Below, in pieces: positions 55,407 to 64,000 of a stretch of 64,000 nt of DNA; within the stretch, counting starts at the first letter, position 1; the number at the start of each line of letters is the position of its first letter. The notes under the pieces were generated by a model. That model saw nothing but the letters and a program-made list of their open reading frames with translations. It was not told where the DNA came from and made no database searches. The translations under genes and the position numbers were made by a program. This stretch comes from a virus (Duplodnaviria; Caudoviricetes): the IMG/VR virus record IMGVR_UViG_3300033121_000493, positions 128,001 to 192,000 of that record; one strand, written 5' to 3'.

Positions 55407-55480
55407 TACTATACTCCTATATTATACGTAATCGTAGCTTATTTAGTATACTCCTATGCTTCTACTTTAGCGAGTTTTAT

Positions 55481-57490
55481 GTGATTAAGGGCAAAAACAA
55501 ACAGGAACCGCAATCCACAGACTTTAATGTTGCCGAACTAAAGTCTATCGCAGACGGATTCCAGGCTTACCTGACTGATAAACGTCAGAACGATAATACC
55601 GCTAATACGAAAACAGACCAGGATATAGCGCAACTAGATGCTGATATAATACAACGTGAACTTAATCTAGACGTAGTTGACGTGATGGACAACTACGCTA
55701 AGTTGTTTTCTCAAACGTCCAAAGATTCAGTAGTTAGCGCCCTACCTATCCTTCTGCGGTTACGCGGTAAGCCGTACTCACTTAGCGACCATTATCCGAT
55801 GGAACCGCTATTTAAAACACAACAACCAGTTCAATTTTTGTTGAAAAGCGGCCGTCAGGTATCAAAGTCTACGTGTCTGAGCGCAGCTGGAGTTATCCAA
55901 AGCAGCGCAAATCCGTTTTTTAACTCGTTATTTGTTACGCCCTTATTTGAACAATGCCGTCGGTTCTCATCTAACTACGTACGCCCGTTTATTACAGATA
56001 GCCCAATCTACGAGCATCTAGTTGACTACAACTGCGAACAAAACGTGTTACAGCGTACGTTTAAAAACCGAGCAACAATGTTCTTTCAATACTGCTTGAA
56101 AGACGCAGATAGAGTGCGCGGTATTGCAGCGGATTGTGTAACGTTAGATGAAGTTCAAGATATTGACTGGGATTTAGTGCCTATTGTGCTTGAAACTATG
56201 TCTGCTTCAAAGTGGTCATTGTTTCGCGCAGCTGGCACGCCGAAAACCCTAGACAACACAATTGAACGACTATGGGAAAAATCGTCTCAAGGAGAGTGGG
56301 TTACACGGTGTACCGCCTGTAACCATTTTAATATTGCATGTGTTAGTCAAGATCTTTTGAAAATGATCGGCAAGGAGACCATTGTCTGCGCTAAATGTGC
56401 ACGGCCGATAAACCCAAGGCCAGCCGCGCATCCTTCTCCAGAACTACGTGGAACTGGATTCTGGCTGCACACTTACCCAGACAAAGCAACTGAATTCCCA
56501 GGTTATCATACGCCTCAAGTAATTTTTCCTATGCACTTTGCAAATGCATACAAGTGGAAATTACTTCGAGAAAAGATGGATACGACAAAAACGCCTCATA
56601 ACGTTTTTGTAAACGAAGTACTCGGCGAATCGTCCGACGTTGGCGCTAAGCTGATATCACAAACAGATCTTGTTGAGGCGTCTAAAATATACGGTAAGGC
56701 TAATAAGTATGCCGAAATGTTAATAGCAAAAAACGCATATGTTGATGTCGCTATAGGTGTAGACTGGGGCGGATCAACTGCACCATACGGTAGAGATAGG
56801 GCTACTCGTTTAACTAATTCTGACTCGCAGTCGTACACTGCTATAGCTGTCGTAGGTCTACGTGCCACAGGTAAAGTCGACGTGCTGTACGTCACTCGAC
56901 TTGACCTGAACAACGATCACCACGAAGAAGCCAGCGCCTGTATCAGAGCCTGGACAGACGTTGACGCTAATAAAAGTAAAACGTTGTTCTGTCACGATTA
57001 TGGTGGAGCAGGCAGCATCCGTGAAACTTTAATGGTGCAGTACGGGCTGCCTGTTAAGAACATAATGGGTTGTTGTTATGTTAGCGCGCCGCAATCAAAA
57101 ATGCTTGAATCTAGAGCGGAAGGCGGACGCGTATACTGGTCACTAGACAAGGCGAGATCTCTGACGCTGTTATGCCATGCAATCAAAGCTGGCTTTGTCG
57201 GATTACCGGAGTGGGAATCATCCAAGCGGTTTACTACTGATTTTTTGGCTCTGATTGAAGACTATATTGAGCGTCCTGGCGCAGCTAACATTTTACGAGT
57301 TATACGCAAGCCTGGAGCTCCAGACGATATCGCGCACGCGATCAACTTTGCTACAGTTGGCTTGTGGCATCGTCACGGCTATCCAAACTTTAAAAACATA
57401 AGAGCAGCTGAATTAGCGCTAGACAAAATTAGCGCTTCAGCTGCTCTGGTGGAAGAGGACGCGTTGTACTTAGACTCAATAGCCGATTAG
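55481..57490 (+). CDS. terminase large subunit (GpA-like)
   Basis: KSGRQVSKST Walker A, RVRGIAAD..LDEVQD Walker B, GTPKT coupling motif, CTAC/CAKC zinc site, NEVLGE, nuclease GVDWGG and PDDIAHA; start placed at GTG 55481. Confidence 0.88.
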   Translation: MIKGKNKQEPQSTDFNVAELKSIADGFQAYLTDKRQNDNTANTKTDQDIAQLDADIIQRELNLDVVDVMDNYAKLFSQTSKDSVVSALPILLRLRGKPYSLSDHYPMEPLFKTQQPVQFLLKSGRQVSKSTCLSAAGVIQSSANPFFNSLFVTPLFEQCRRFSSNYVRPFITDSPIYEHLVDYNCEQNVLQRTFKNRATMFFQYCLKDADRVRGIAADCVTLDEVQDIDWDLVPIVLETMSASKWSLFRAAGTPKTLDNTIERLWEKSSQGEWVTRCTACNHFNIACVSQDLLKMIGKETIVCAKCARPINPRPAAHPSPELRGTGFWLHTYPDKATEFPGYHTPQVIFPMHFANAYKWKLLREKMDTTKTPHNVFVNEVLGESSDVGAKLISQTDLVEASKIYGKANKYAEMLIAKNAYVDVAIGVDWGGSTAPYGRDRATRLTNSDSQSYTAIAVVGLRATGKVDVLYVTRLDLNNDHHEEASACIRAWTDVDANKSKTLFCHDYGGAGSIRETLMVQYGLPVKNIMGCCYVSAPQSKMLESRAEGGRVYWSLDKARSLTLLCHAIKAGFVGLPEWESSKRFTTDFLALIEDYIERPGAANILRVIRKPGAPDDIAHAINFATVGLWHRHGYPNFKNIRAAELALDKISASAALVEEDALYLDSIAD

Positions 57491-58020
57491 TTGCCAGTAG
57501 CTTTTAGCACGGCTTGTGCTTCTTTAACTTTAGCTCGTTCGTTTGCGTCAGCAAAGTCCTGTACTATTACAGTAAATGGATTTTGCTGCTCCCAGACAAA
57601 CCGCATAGTCACACGAAATAGCTCTTGCGTTCTTTCGTGCTGCGTACGCGACAAGAAAGTGATCTTGTCTATTTTTGTAGCGAGCGTCGGAATAACGCCA
57701 TTATTCTCGTCCGTTACGCTTGCCATCTGAGCCTTGGCTTTGTTGATTTTAACCATAATAGCGTCGCGCTCGTCTGGCGTAGTAGCAATTTGGTATTGCC
57801 GCTCCAGTCCTGGTATTTGCGCGAACGCCTCTACAGCGCTATCAAGTTTCGCTGCGCCAAGATTAACAGCGTCTTGTATAGCCATTGTTTCTAGATCTTT
57901 AACAATATCTCGATCATTAGCGAGGGCTTTGTTACCTGAGTCAGCAGCAATTTTCAGGTGCTGCGAGCAGCCGGTTAACATAAGCAACGTGATGGCAACT
58001 GATATAAGCCGCATTGGCAC
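57487..58020 (-). CDS. lipoprotein
   Basis: Signal peptide with LTG-C lipobox; helical body; AGGAG RBS. Confidence 0.7.
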   Translation of the reverse strand: MPMRLISVAITLLMLTGCSQHLKIAADSGNKALANDRDIVKDLETMAIQDAVNLGAAKLDSAVEAFAQIPGLERQYQIATTPDERDAIMVKINKAKAQMASVTDENNGVIPTLATKIDKITFLSRTQHERTQELFRVTMRFVWEQQNPFTVIVQDFADANERAKVKEAQAVLKATGN

Positions 58021-58023
58021 TCC

Positions 58024-58314
58024 TTAAGCGTGCATAGACCCAATAATTAAACCTTTAACAAATTCGATAAACTTATCCATAACAACAGAATCGGCTTCCA
58101 TTTTAGTAATGGCATCCAGATCTTCGGCCGAGATACCACTTGTGTGAAGCGGGTGGTCTTCTCCGACAGCCCACTTACGCGGGCCATCTGTTGGCGCGTT
58201 GTTAGGGAGGGCTTTACCAGCCGCATACTCGCGGACAACACTGGCGAGATGCGCAAGTGCCGTTTGGCTGGTCTTAACAAACTCAAAAAAATCAGGCTTC
58301 AAATTTGCGCTCAC
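58024..58314 (-). CDS. hypothetical protein
   Basis: 96-aa ORF with GGAG RBS. Confidence 0.55.
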   Translation of the reverse strand: MSANLKPDFFEFVKTSQTALAHLASVVREYAAGKALPNNAPTDGPRKWAVGEDHPLHTSGISAEDLDAITKMEADSVVMDKFIEFVKGLIIGSMHA

Positions 58315-58316
58315 TG

Positions 58317-61034
58317 TTATTTCTCCAGTTGTGTAACCGTCCTATTCCAAAACTTACCGCTAATAACCCAAACACTGTTACTTTCGCCCGTCTCGCCTTC
58401 AAGTATACCCTCGTTAGCGAGATTACTTGTAATAGCCAAAGTATCTATCTCTGGCGCATTAAGTCTTTTACACGTTGTGAGTAACTTGCGCTTAGAGACG
58501 TATACTCGACTATCGTCTTCTGTAAGAATTATCGTATGCGTAGTCGTTATTGTATCCAGGTTATTACTTCGTTTACTTGCTAAATACCCCGCTTTTAGCA
58601 TCTGATAAAGCATCACGACAAACCGTTTACCAGGTGACATAACGGAGTAGTCTGTGATTATACTGTTAACATAGTCAAATAGCTTAGTGCAATCTCTGCC
58701 AACTGTATCGGTAATCCACGTATGTACAGCGCCGATAACTGAGCTCACACTGTCTGTTGCAGTTAAATTGATTTTGGTCTGTTTCTGATACCAGGCCAAA
58801 AAGTTTAACACTATATCTACAACAGAAGTTTGTCGCTGTAGAGCTCCAGTATCAGATTTTGTGTTTATTAAAATCCACTCTCCGCTATTTGTTGCAACGC
58901 CTATTTGTGCTGGCTGAATTGGCATAATTACATTCTTACTTACACCTGCCAGCACCCACGCGGATGAATTTACGGTGTTTTCGGTCACGTAGACTGGAAG
59001 ATCATGGCTAAATTGTTCTACTTCAAACTTGTTTACGTCATCAAGTATGTCACTTGTTTTTTTACAAATAAGCTCAAAGTCACTGTAGATTCTTGCAGCT
59101 ACACGTTCTGCTAGCGGTCCCAGCACGCCTATTCCTTTTTTAGTACATCCTCGAATAGGCGCTAGAATATTATCAATGAGAGCTATTAGTACCGCCCATA
59201 CAGTTCCGTTTGCTTCTGAAAAATCCAGCCAATCATTAATATCAAACTCAGGATTACGACTGACGTTGACGCACGGCATTTTCTTGTTACTAATTAAGCT
59301 AGTTTTAGTCGCCAAGATCTCGCCATTCCTAATGCTGCAGTTAGGCATGACAAACTCTAATTGGTCCTTGCTCCACCCTACTTTACTGATACCTGGGTAT
59401 GTCTTACTGACCGACGAAAATCTGAATATGATGTCCCATAGGCGACTTTCGTAAAATCTGGACACAAACGGCGTACCACCGCCAGCCTTTTCAATGACTT
59501 TGATTATTGTGTCCACTGCAGAATGTTTTAGCTGGTACGATGTAGCTGAAAACGGGTACCGTTTACCTTTGTAAATGGCTGTACCGCTGTACACAGTCGT
59601 ATCTACGTCTTCGTCTATTGCACCGCTGTCAATGTGTACTACAACATCAGATATTCGCTCTTCATTAGTCCCCTTTTTAAAGGACCAATAGCACTCTTCA
59701 TTACTGACGCGCTGGATAACTGTTGAGCCGAACATGTGACACGTTACAGCGTCGTTTACTTTGTTTAGTCTGTCATGCATCAATTGCTTAATGTTTGTGT
59801 CGGCAGCTCTGTCTAATATTCTAGCCAAACTTTCAGGCTGTAAATTCAGCGTACTCATTATTCCGTTTAGCTCTTCATTAGACGCTTTAAACAAGAAATC
59901 TAGCGCTACAGCGTACGGGTCTTTAGCCCCATAACTGAACTGAGCAATACGCTGCTTAGACGGCATCTGTACGTCAATGATTGCTTTGAATTTTTGAAAT
60001 GTAGCCGGGTGTTCTATAGACCCATCCACGTACGCGATATCAAACACAGGTTTTTCTATAGTAGCAATACTAGTCTTACACCTAGCATTTAGCGCTTGTT
60101 TTAATAGGCCTGGTGTTACCTTATAACTCCAAAACACAATCTCTTGTATGCCAAGTTGCTCCCAGACGCTACAATCAGTGTTATCGTTCCATACCACTAC
60201 AGGAGCCGCATCACGTGTTTCAAAGAAATTCTTATGGTGTAGCCACAGCGCTAAAAACGGGCTACTAACCGCCAGTACTTTTTTAGGTTCTGGCTTTAAA
60301 GCGTCAATAAACATTATGCCGGTACTACTAGAGCTACTTGTTTCTGGTCTCCATGTTTGAAATTGGTTTTTCCATCCCATAAGAAACAGCGAATCTATTT
60401 TTCCAGGGCGTTTACACCAAGGTAGAGCAATACATGTGCTAAACGCGTCTTGTCGCAGCCCTGGAGCTATATTGTTGTTTAATTTAGTTTGTATGGCTTT
60501 TCTAGTTGTAAAATGTAGCCATTGGCTTTCTTTAGCGTTTACGTCACTGGCGCTTTCTGCTATTTTTATGTTTATACCGGTATGCTGTGATAGCATAGCG
60601 TGGCTGTCGCGATCCCGTATCCAGTCAGCATTAGATTCAGCTGCCCACGCTCTAAAGTTGGCATTTGGCATGCTGTACCAGTACGTATACGAGCTCAGCG
60701 CGTCCGCTGTCGTGTATTCTTTTGGAATAAATATCTCAGGATTTGAGCACAGCATGTCAAAAACTGCGCGTAAATCCTTAAACTTGTCAGTGGCGGCAAG
60801 TAACTCAATAGTATCAAACCCACGTTTACAGTTATAGCAGTACCAGTATAGCCCGCCGTCTGGATGGTCCATTACGCGCATAGTCCATGTAGCGTTATTT
60901 GCTTTACAATCTTTGATTCCGCATAATGGACAGGGTACTATTCCAGGTATTGATCTTACAGGAACTGATTGGCCAAACAGGATGCGTACTATTGGTCCGT
61001 AAGATATAAACGAGTTGATGGATGGTCCACGCAT
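58317..61034 (-). CDS. large protein with primase-like zinc finger and degenerate TOPRIM/DUF927-like regions
   Basis: CPLC...WYCYNC..GFDTIEL; IALPW..PGKI; TOPRIM-like strands lacking EG and DxD. Confidence 0.5.
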   Translation of the reverse strand: MRGPSINSFISYGPIVRILFGQSVPVRSIPGIVPCPLCGIKDCKANNATWTMRVMDHPDGGLYWYCYNCKRGFDTIELLAATDKFKDLRAVFDMLCSNPEIFIPKEYTTADALSSYTYWYSMPNANFRAWAAESNADWIRDRDSHAMLSQHTGINIKIAESASDVNAKESQWLHFTTRKAIQTKLNNNIAPGLRQDAFSTCIALPWCKRPGKIDSLFLMGWKNQFQTWRPETSSSSSTGIMFIDALKPEPKKVLAVSSPFLALWLHHKNFFETRDAAPVVVWNDNTDCSVWEQLGIQEIVFWSYKVTPGLLKQALNARCKTSIATIEKPVFDIAYVDGSIEHPATFQKFKAIIDVQMPSKQRIAQFSYGAKDPYAVALDFLFKASNEELNGIMSTLNLQPESLARILDRAADTNIKQLMHDRLNKVNDAVTCHMFGSTVIQRVSNEECYWSFKKGTNEERISDVVVHIDSGAIDEDVDTTVYSGTAIYKGKRYPFSATSYQLKHSAVDTIIKVIEKAGGGTPFVSRFYESRLWDIIFRFSSVSKTYPGISKVGWSKDQLEFVMPNCSIRNGEILATKTSLISNKKMPCVNVSRNPEFDINDWLDFSEANGTVWAVLIALIDNILAPIRGCTKKGIGVLGPLAERVAARIYSDFELICKKTSDILDDVNKFEVEQFSHDLPVYVTENTVNSSAWVLAGVSKNVIMPIQPAQIGVATNSGEWILINTKSDTGALQRQTSVVDIVLNFLAWYQKQTKINLTATDSVSSVIGAVHTWITDTVGRDCTKLFDYVNSIITDYSVMSPGKRFVVMLYQMLKAGYLASKRSNNLDTITTTHTIILTEDDSRVYVSKRKLLTTCKRLNAPEIDTLAITSNLANEGILEGETGESNSVWVISGKFWNRTVTQLEK

Positions 61035-62094
61035 GATGATTGATCACATTGCAGACAAAAACTTACGCGTACTCAACCTCATATCTCAATTGGTTGAGTT
61101 GCCGACCTTTGTCAAGTCAGCAAGTATCAATAACATTGACAACCTACCTAGCGATTCGTTCGCAGACAGTGTGTCAAGATTATTCCCGTGCCACACGCGA
61201 CAGGATACTTGGCTATCATACGCGTATTTCATCAAACAAGCCAACTCCGCTAGCAAAGACTATTTTACCAAAGTTAGTTCCAAGTTTGATGAATTTATAC
61301 GTCTATGGAATCTGAGCAGCGACTGTGCCACAATAAAGCAAGAATTACAAAAGCAAGCTAATGGCTTGGATTCTTTGTCCGACGCCGATTTTGCTATAGT
61401 CCAAACTTACAATGGCCAGCTATACCGCGCGCTCCCAATCACAGACGAAACAACTGTCGCAAAAGCCGCCGAGCATCTAACTATATACAGAGATAAGTAC
61501 CCTGTAGCCTGGCGTAAAGAGGCAGCGGCTAGAATCTTGGATAAAGCAACCAAATTAAAAGTAACTATTGACAACCCGTACATTACAAAAGCAGCTGGTG
61601 TAAATAAGCTGGCTTCAGCCGTAGACGTTGCCGCGCATATTATGCAAAGAGTTCTTCTTGCCAAGAAATATGAATTAAGCGATAGCCAAACTGCTATTGT
61701 TAAATACGCTAAGAATATTGCCGACTCTGGTACGTTTAATCCGACAGAAGTCGAACAAGTTGTGCATCTATTTGATAAAGGCTATTCGCTAACCAAAGAA
61801 TACAACAGAGGTATACCAGCACCGGAAGAAATATGCTATACGGCTACACCCAAGTCCGCGAGTGACGCTACAATCAGATTGACGAATGGCGCAATATACG
61901 GTAAAGATAGTTTAGCTAAAGCGGGTTTAGCTCCATTTCGCGTCTTAGGAGACGATTTTGTCGCTGCCGTTACTGGACCTGAGATGCAGTTGGATATGAC
62001 AAAACTAGCTAGTATCGCCACAACGCTACCGCTACCAGATGCCAAACTTCTTTGTAGCGCGCTAGCAGTTGCAGGTATAGGTAAACTCAAATGA
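61033..62094 (+). CDS. hypothetical protein, possibly virion/head morphogenesis
   Basis: Same strand as terminase; repeated FA...R..P motif (FAD...RLFPCHT, FAIV...RALPI) and KxA-rich. Confidence 0.5.
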   Translation: MMIDHIADKNLRVLNLISQLVELPTFVKSASINNIDNLPSDSFADSVSRLFPCHTRQDTWLSYAYFIKQANSASKDYFTKVSSKFDEFIRLWNLSSDCATIKQELQKQANGLDSLSDADFAIVQTYNGQLYRALPITDETTVAKAAEHLTIYRDKYPVAWRKEAAARILDKATKLKVTIDNPYITKAAGVNKLASAVDVAAHIMQRVLLAKKYELSDSQTAIVKYAKNIADSGTFNPTEVEQVVHLFDKGYSLTKEYNRGIPAPEEICYTATPKSASDATIRLTNGAIYGKDSLAKAGLAPFRVLGDDFVAAVTGPEMQLDMTKLASIATTLPLPDAKLLCSALAVAGIGKLK

Positions 62095-62411
62095 TAGTCG
62101 ATGTGTTTGAAGAGAACGGATCAGTTGTCGTATGCGACGACACTAAAGGCCGAACTTCAATGCTATGGCAAGACGCGCTAGAGCGTTGTAAAGCCGTTAT
62201 ACAAACTGAAGAAGCAATGTATAGCCGCTACCATACACGTAAGTACGAATCGCCTGCCCGTAAATGGATTCCACATATCATTCGCGCAGCTGTTGCCGCC
62301 AGAAAATACCATGAGCCTGACTGGGTAGCACCAGCTTGTGTTCTAGACATACCGATAACGCCAAAACCTAGTCGTATAAGAGTACCAGGGCTCATCCTAG
62401 CTGATAGCTAA
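62091..62411 (+). CDS. hypothetical protein
   Basis: ATGA-coupled to the upstream gene. Confidence 0.6.
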   Translation: MIVDVFEENGSVVVCDDTKGRTSMLWQDALERCKAVIQTEEAMYSRYHTRKYESPARKWIPHIIRAAVAARKYHEPDWVAPACVLDIPITPKPSRIRVPGLILADS

Positions 62412-62431
62412 AGTAAAACGCGCGAAATAAC

Positions 62432-62471
62432 AAAGAAAAAGCGGCGGGCACTACACCCGCCGCAACTTTTT
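62432..62471. terminator. bidirectional intrinsic terminator between convergent units
   Basis: A-tract, GCGGCGGG-7 nt-CCCGCCGC stem, then T-tract. Confidence 0.85.
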
Positions 62472-62546
62472 AGTGACATACTGCTTTGAGGCATACGAAT
62501 AGCAGCCAGATCCCAAGCAACATTCCGAACACCTTGGAATGGAAAC

Positions 62547-63149
62547 TCAATTTGCACCTTCGCTAGTCAGCGTCGGCATACCAGTGAAACCGCGCAACCA
62601 GCCGTATTGCCACAGCTTGATATCATTCAGAATATCGCCGGGCAGAACTTTAAACGTCACAGGGCTGGTACCTGGTAAAACAGCGGCAGGATCATTGCTG
62701 AGCCCGCGCTTGTTGGAAAACGCAACTTGAGTCGTCTGGCTGCCACTACCTGCCACCGTCACCGATTTTTGCAATTTGCTGGCAAGGAGTTCGCCGGGAA
62801 TACGTGAAATGTAAGCCATGAGTAGTGCGTTCTGCGCTGCCTTACGGAAAATTGCTGGCGCGGCTGACTCTTCAAGTCCAGCGTACGTTGTGGCGAGATC
62901 GAAACTCGCGGCTACTGGTACGTAGAAACGCGTGCTAAAAATAGTGTTACCGTTCTCGTCGATAACATTCCAGTACCCATCAGCACCAACAACGATGTTG
63001 GCCACGCGGTCGGGGCTCATACCACATCGCCGGGCAATGCAAGCGGCGACAAGAAACACTGGAAGCGTAAGCATAAGCGTAGTAAGCGTATAAAGATACG
63101 CAACGACGATACCAGTGTACGACAGTGCGCGCAGCGAGCGATTGAACAT
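62547..63149 (-). CDS. hypothetical membrane-anchored protein
   Basis: N-terminal hydrophobic stretch; AAGGA RBS. Confidence 0.6.
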   Translation of the reverse strand: MFNRSLRALSYTGIVVAYLYTLTTLMLTLPVFLVAACIARRCGMSPDRVANIVVGADGYWNVIDENGNTIFSTRFYVPVAASFDLATTYAGLEESAAPAIFRKAAQNALLMAYISRIPGELLASKLQKSVTVAGSGSQTTQVAFSNKRGLSNDPAAVLPGTSPVTFKVLPGDILNDIKLWQYGWLRGFTGMPTLTSEGAN

Positions 63150-63172
63150 TTGTGTTCCTTGGGTTGGCGGTT

Positions 63173-63224
63173 TTTGTTACAGGCGGAAGTGGTCACACAG
63201 ACAGTGCAAGCTTAGCGGAGGGAG
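63173..63224. repeat. 52-bp direct repeat (46/52 identical to 63559-63610)
   Basis: TTTGTTACA.GCG.AAGTGGTCACACAGA..G.GCAAGCTTAGCGGAG.GAG; the copies bracket the wHTH gene. Confidence 0.88.
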
Positions 63225-63513
63225 TAAGTTTGAAAAACTTAACGTTACCTTTTGTCTTAGTGACAGTTATCAGTTTTGCTGCGCGCAATCTACGTAGTAT
63301 GCGATTTCTGTACGACCGGTCGATGCGCTTTCCAGTTTTGCCGATATACAATCGGCCAATCTGATCTCCGAAAGCTTCGTCGACGCTGTTGATACTCAGC
63401 AAGATAGCCCTGGCATTTGATGAAATATGTAACGGTTTATGGTTTTTGGGTTCAGTCTTTGCGATAGTTGTCGTAGCGAGCCAACTACGCATTGGTGAGT
63501 TCGTTTGGAGCAT
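63193..63513 (-). CDS. winged helix-turn-helix protein (PadR/MarR-like)
   Basis: AFGDQI...NRILRRLRAAKLITV..GNVKFFKLTPSAK. Confidence 0.65.
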   Translation of the reverse strand: MLQTNSPMRSWLATTTIAKTEPKNHKPLHISSNARAILLSINSVDEAFGDQIGRLYIGKTGKRIDRSYRNRILRRLRAAKLITVTKTKGNVKFFKLTPSAKLALSV

Positions 63514-63562
63514 TTGTCGCCTTTCACGTACGGTGAGAGTTTGTCACGGTCGAGGGTCTTTG

Positions 63563-63868
63563 TTACAAGCGAAAGTGGTCACACAGATCGCGCAAGCTTA
63601 GCGGAGCGAGCCAGACAGATACTAGTATCTTTTTTAATTTGTTAGTTGTAACACTGTGGTAATTTTCTACATTTAATCGTATGTGGTTATCCAGCGAAGA
63701 AAATGGGTACTGCCTAGAGCGATCTGAGGCTACTCCAATACAACGTAAAGACATTGCTGTCAGTTTAACAAATGAAATGGATGTTTTCATTGCGTTACTA
63801 TATGGACCACATCTCATTAACGCTCCAATAAGCTCTTCTGATTCTACCCAGCGCTTTTTACATATCAT
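63563..63868 (-). CDS. hypothetical protein
   Basis: 101-aa ORF abutting the upstream stop. Confidence 0.5.
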   Translation of the reverse strand: MICKKRWVESEELIGALMRCGPYSNAMKTSISFVKLTAMSLRCIGVASDRSRQYPFSSLDNHIRLNVENYHSVTTNKLKKILVSVWLAPLSLRDLCDHFRL

Positions 63869-64000
63869 TCATGCTCCAGGGTGTACTACTGATACGAGAC
63901 AATCGCTCGGAATAACCGCTTCTCCACTAACTTGAATTACATCATCCAGGCGATCAAACACGCATTGCCAATATCCCATTAAGATATCTGATAACCTGGA
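63869..64000 (-). CDS. hypothetical protein, 3-prime end only
   Basis: Open frame from the window edge to TGA at 63871-63869, directly before the next ATG. Confidence 0.45.
   Translation of the reverse strand, partial: SRLSDILMGYWQCVFDRLDDVIQVSGEAVIPSDCLVSVVHPGA

Noticed and set aside
55370-55480. Hydrophobic N-terminal extension of terminase
   Set aside because: Overlaps a divergent gene start and AT-rich regulatory DNA; GTG 55481 is a more plausible start
1-64000. Stop-codon reassignment, as in some large phages
   Set aside because: Long conserved genes are intact in the standard code, coding density is high, and TAA, TAG and TGA all terminate genes
1-64000. tRNA, rRNA or self-splicing intron
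   Set aside because: No cloverleaf with T-loop and acceptor stem noticed in the few intergenic gaps, and core genes are not split; a covariance search was not possible

Overview
This window reads as part of a large tailed-phage (jumbo/huge phage-like) genome. It is densely coded, almost entirely on the minus strand, with many coupled start/stop overlaps and no rRNA, tRNA, CRISPR array or integrase seen. Core modules are (i) nucleotide metabolism: an intein-containing class II ribonucleotide reductase, ThyX, thymidylate kinase and a MazG-like pyrophosphatase; (ii) a replication/recombination block: Mre11/SbcD, Rad50/SbcC, SF2 helicase, DnaB-like helicase, primase, family A polymerase with an N-terminal UDG-like domain and a RecA-like protein; (iii) a MoxR-like AAA+/VWA pair; and (iv) a plus-strand terminase large subunit. 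The accessory content is the most unusual part: an 11-gene tandem array of small CxxC-CxxC zinc-ribbon paralogs with a shared TLPYLL-type C-terminal tail, a cluster of nine glycosyltransferases plus a methyltransferase and a GmhA-like protein, two beta-helix proteins, and a second small-paralog array. Four separate pairs of near-identical 38-52 bp direct repeats sit at gene junctions and bracket 1-2 otherwise diverged genes, suggesting cassette-like gene acquisition. A hairpin-rich origin-like spacer lies next to a degenerate Rep-like zinc protein, and several enzyme folds appear to have lost catalytic residues. All family assignments come from motif recognition by eye; no database searches were run.
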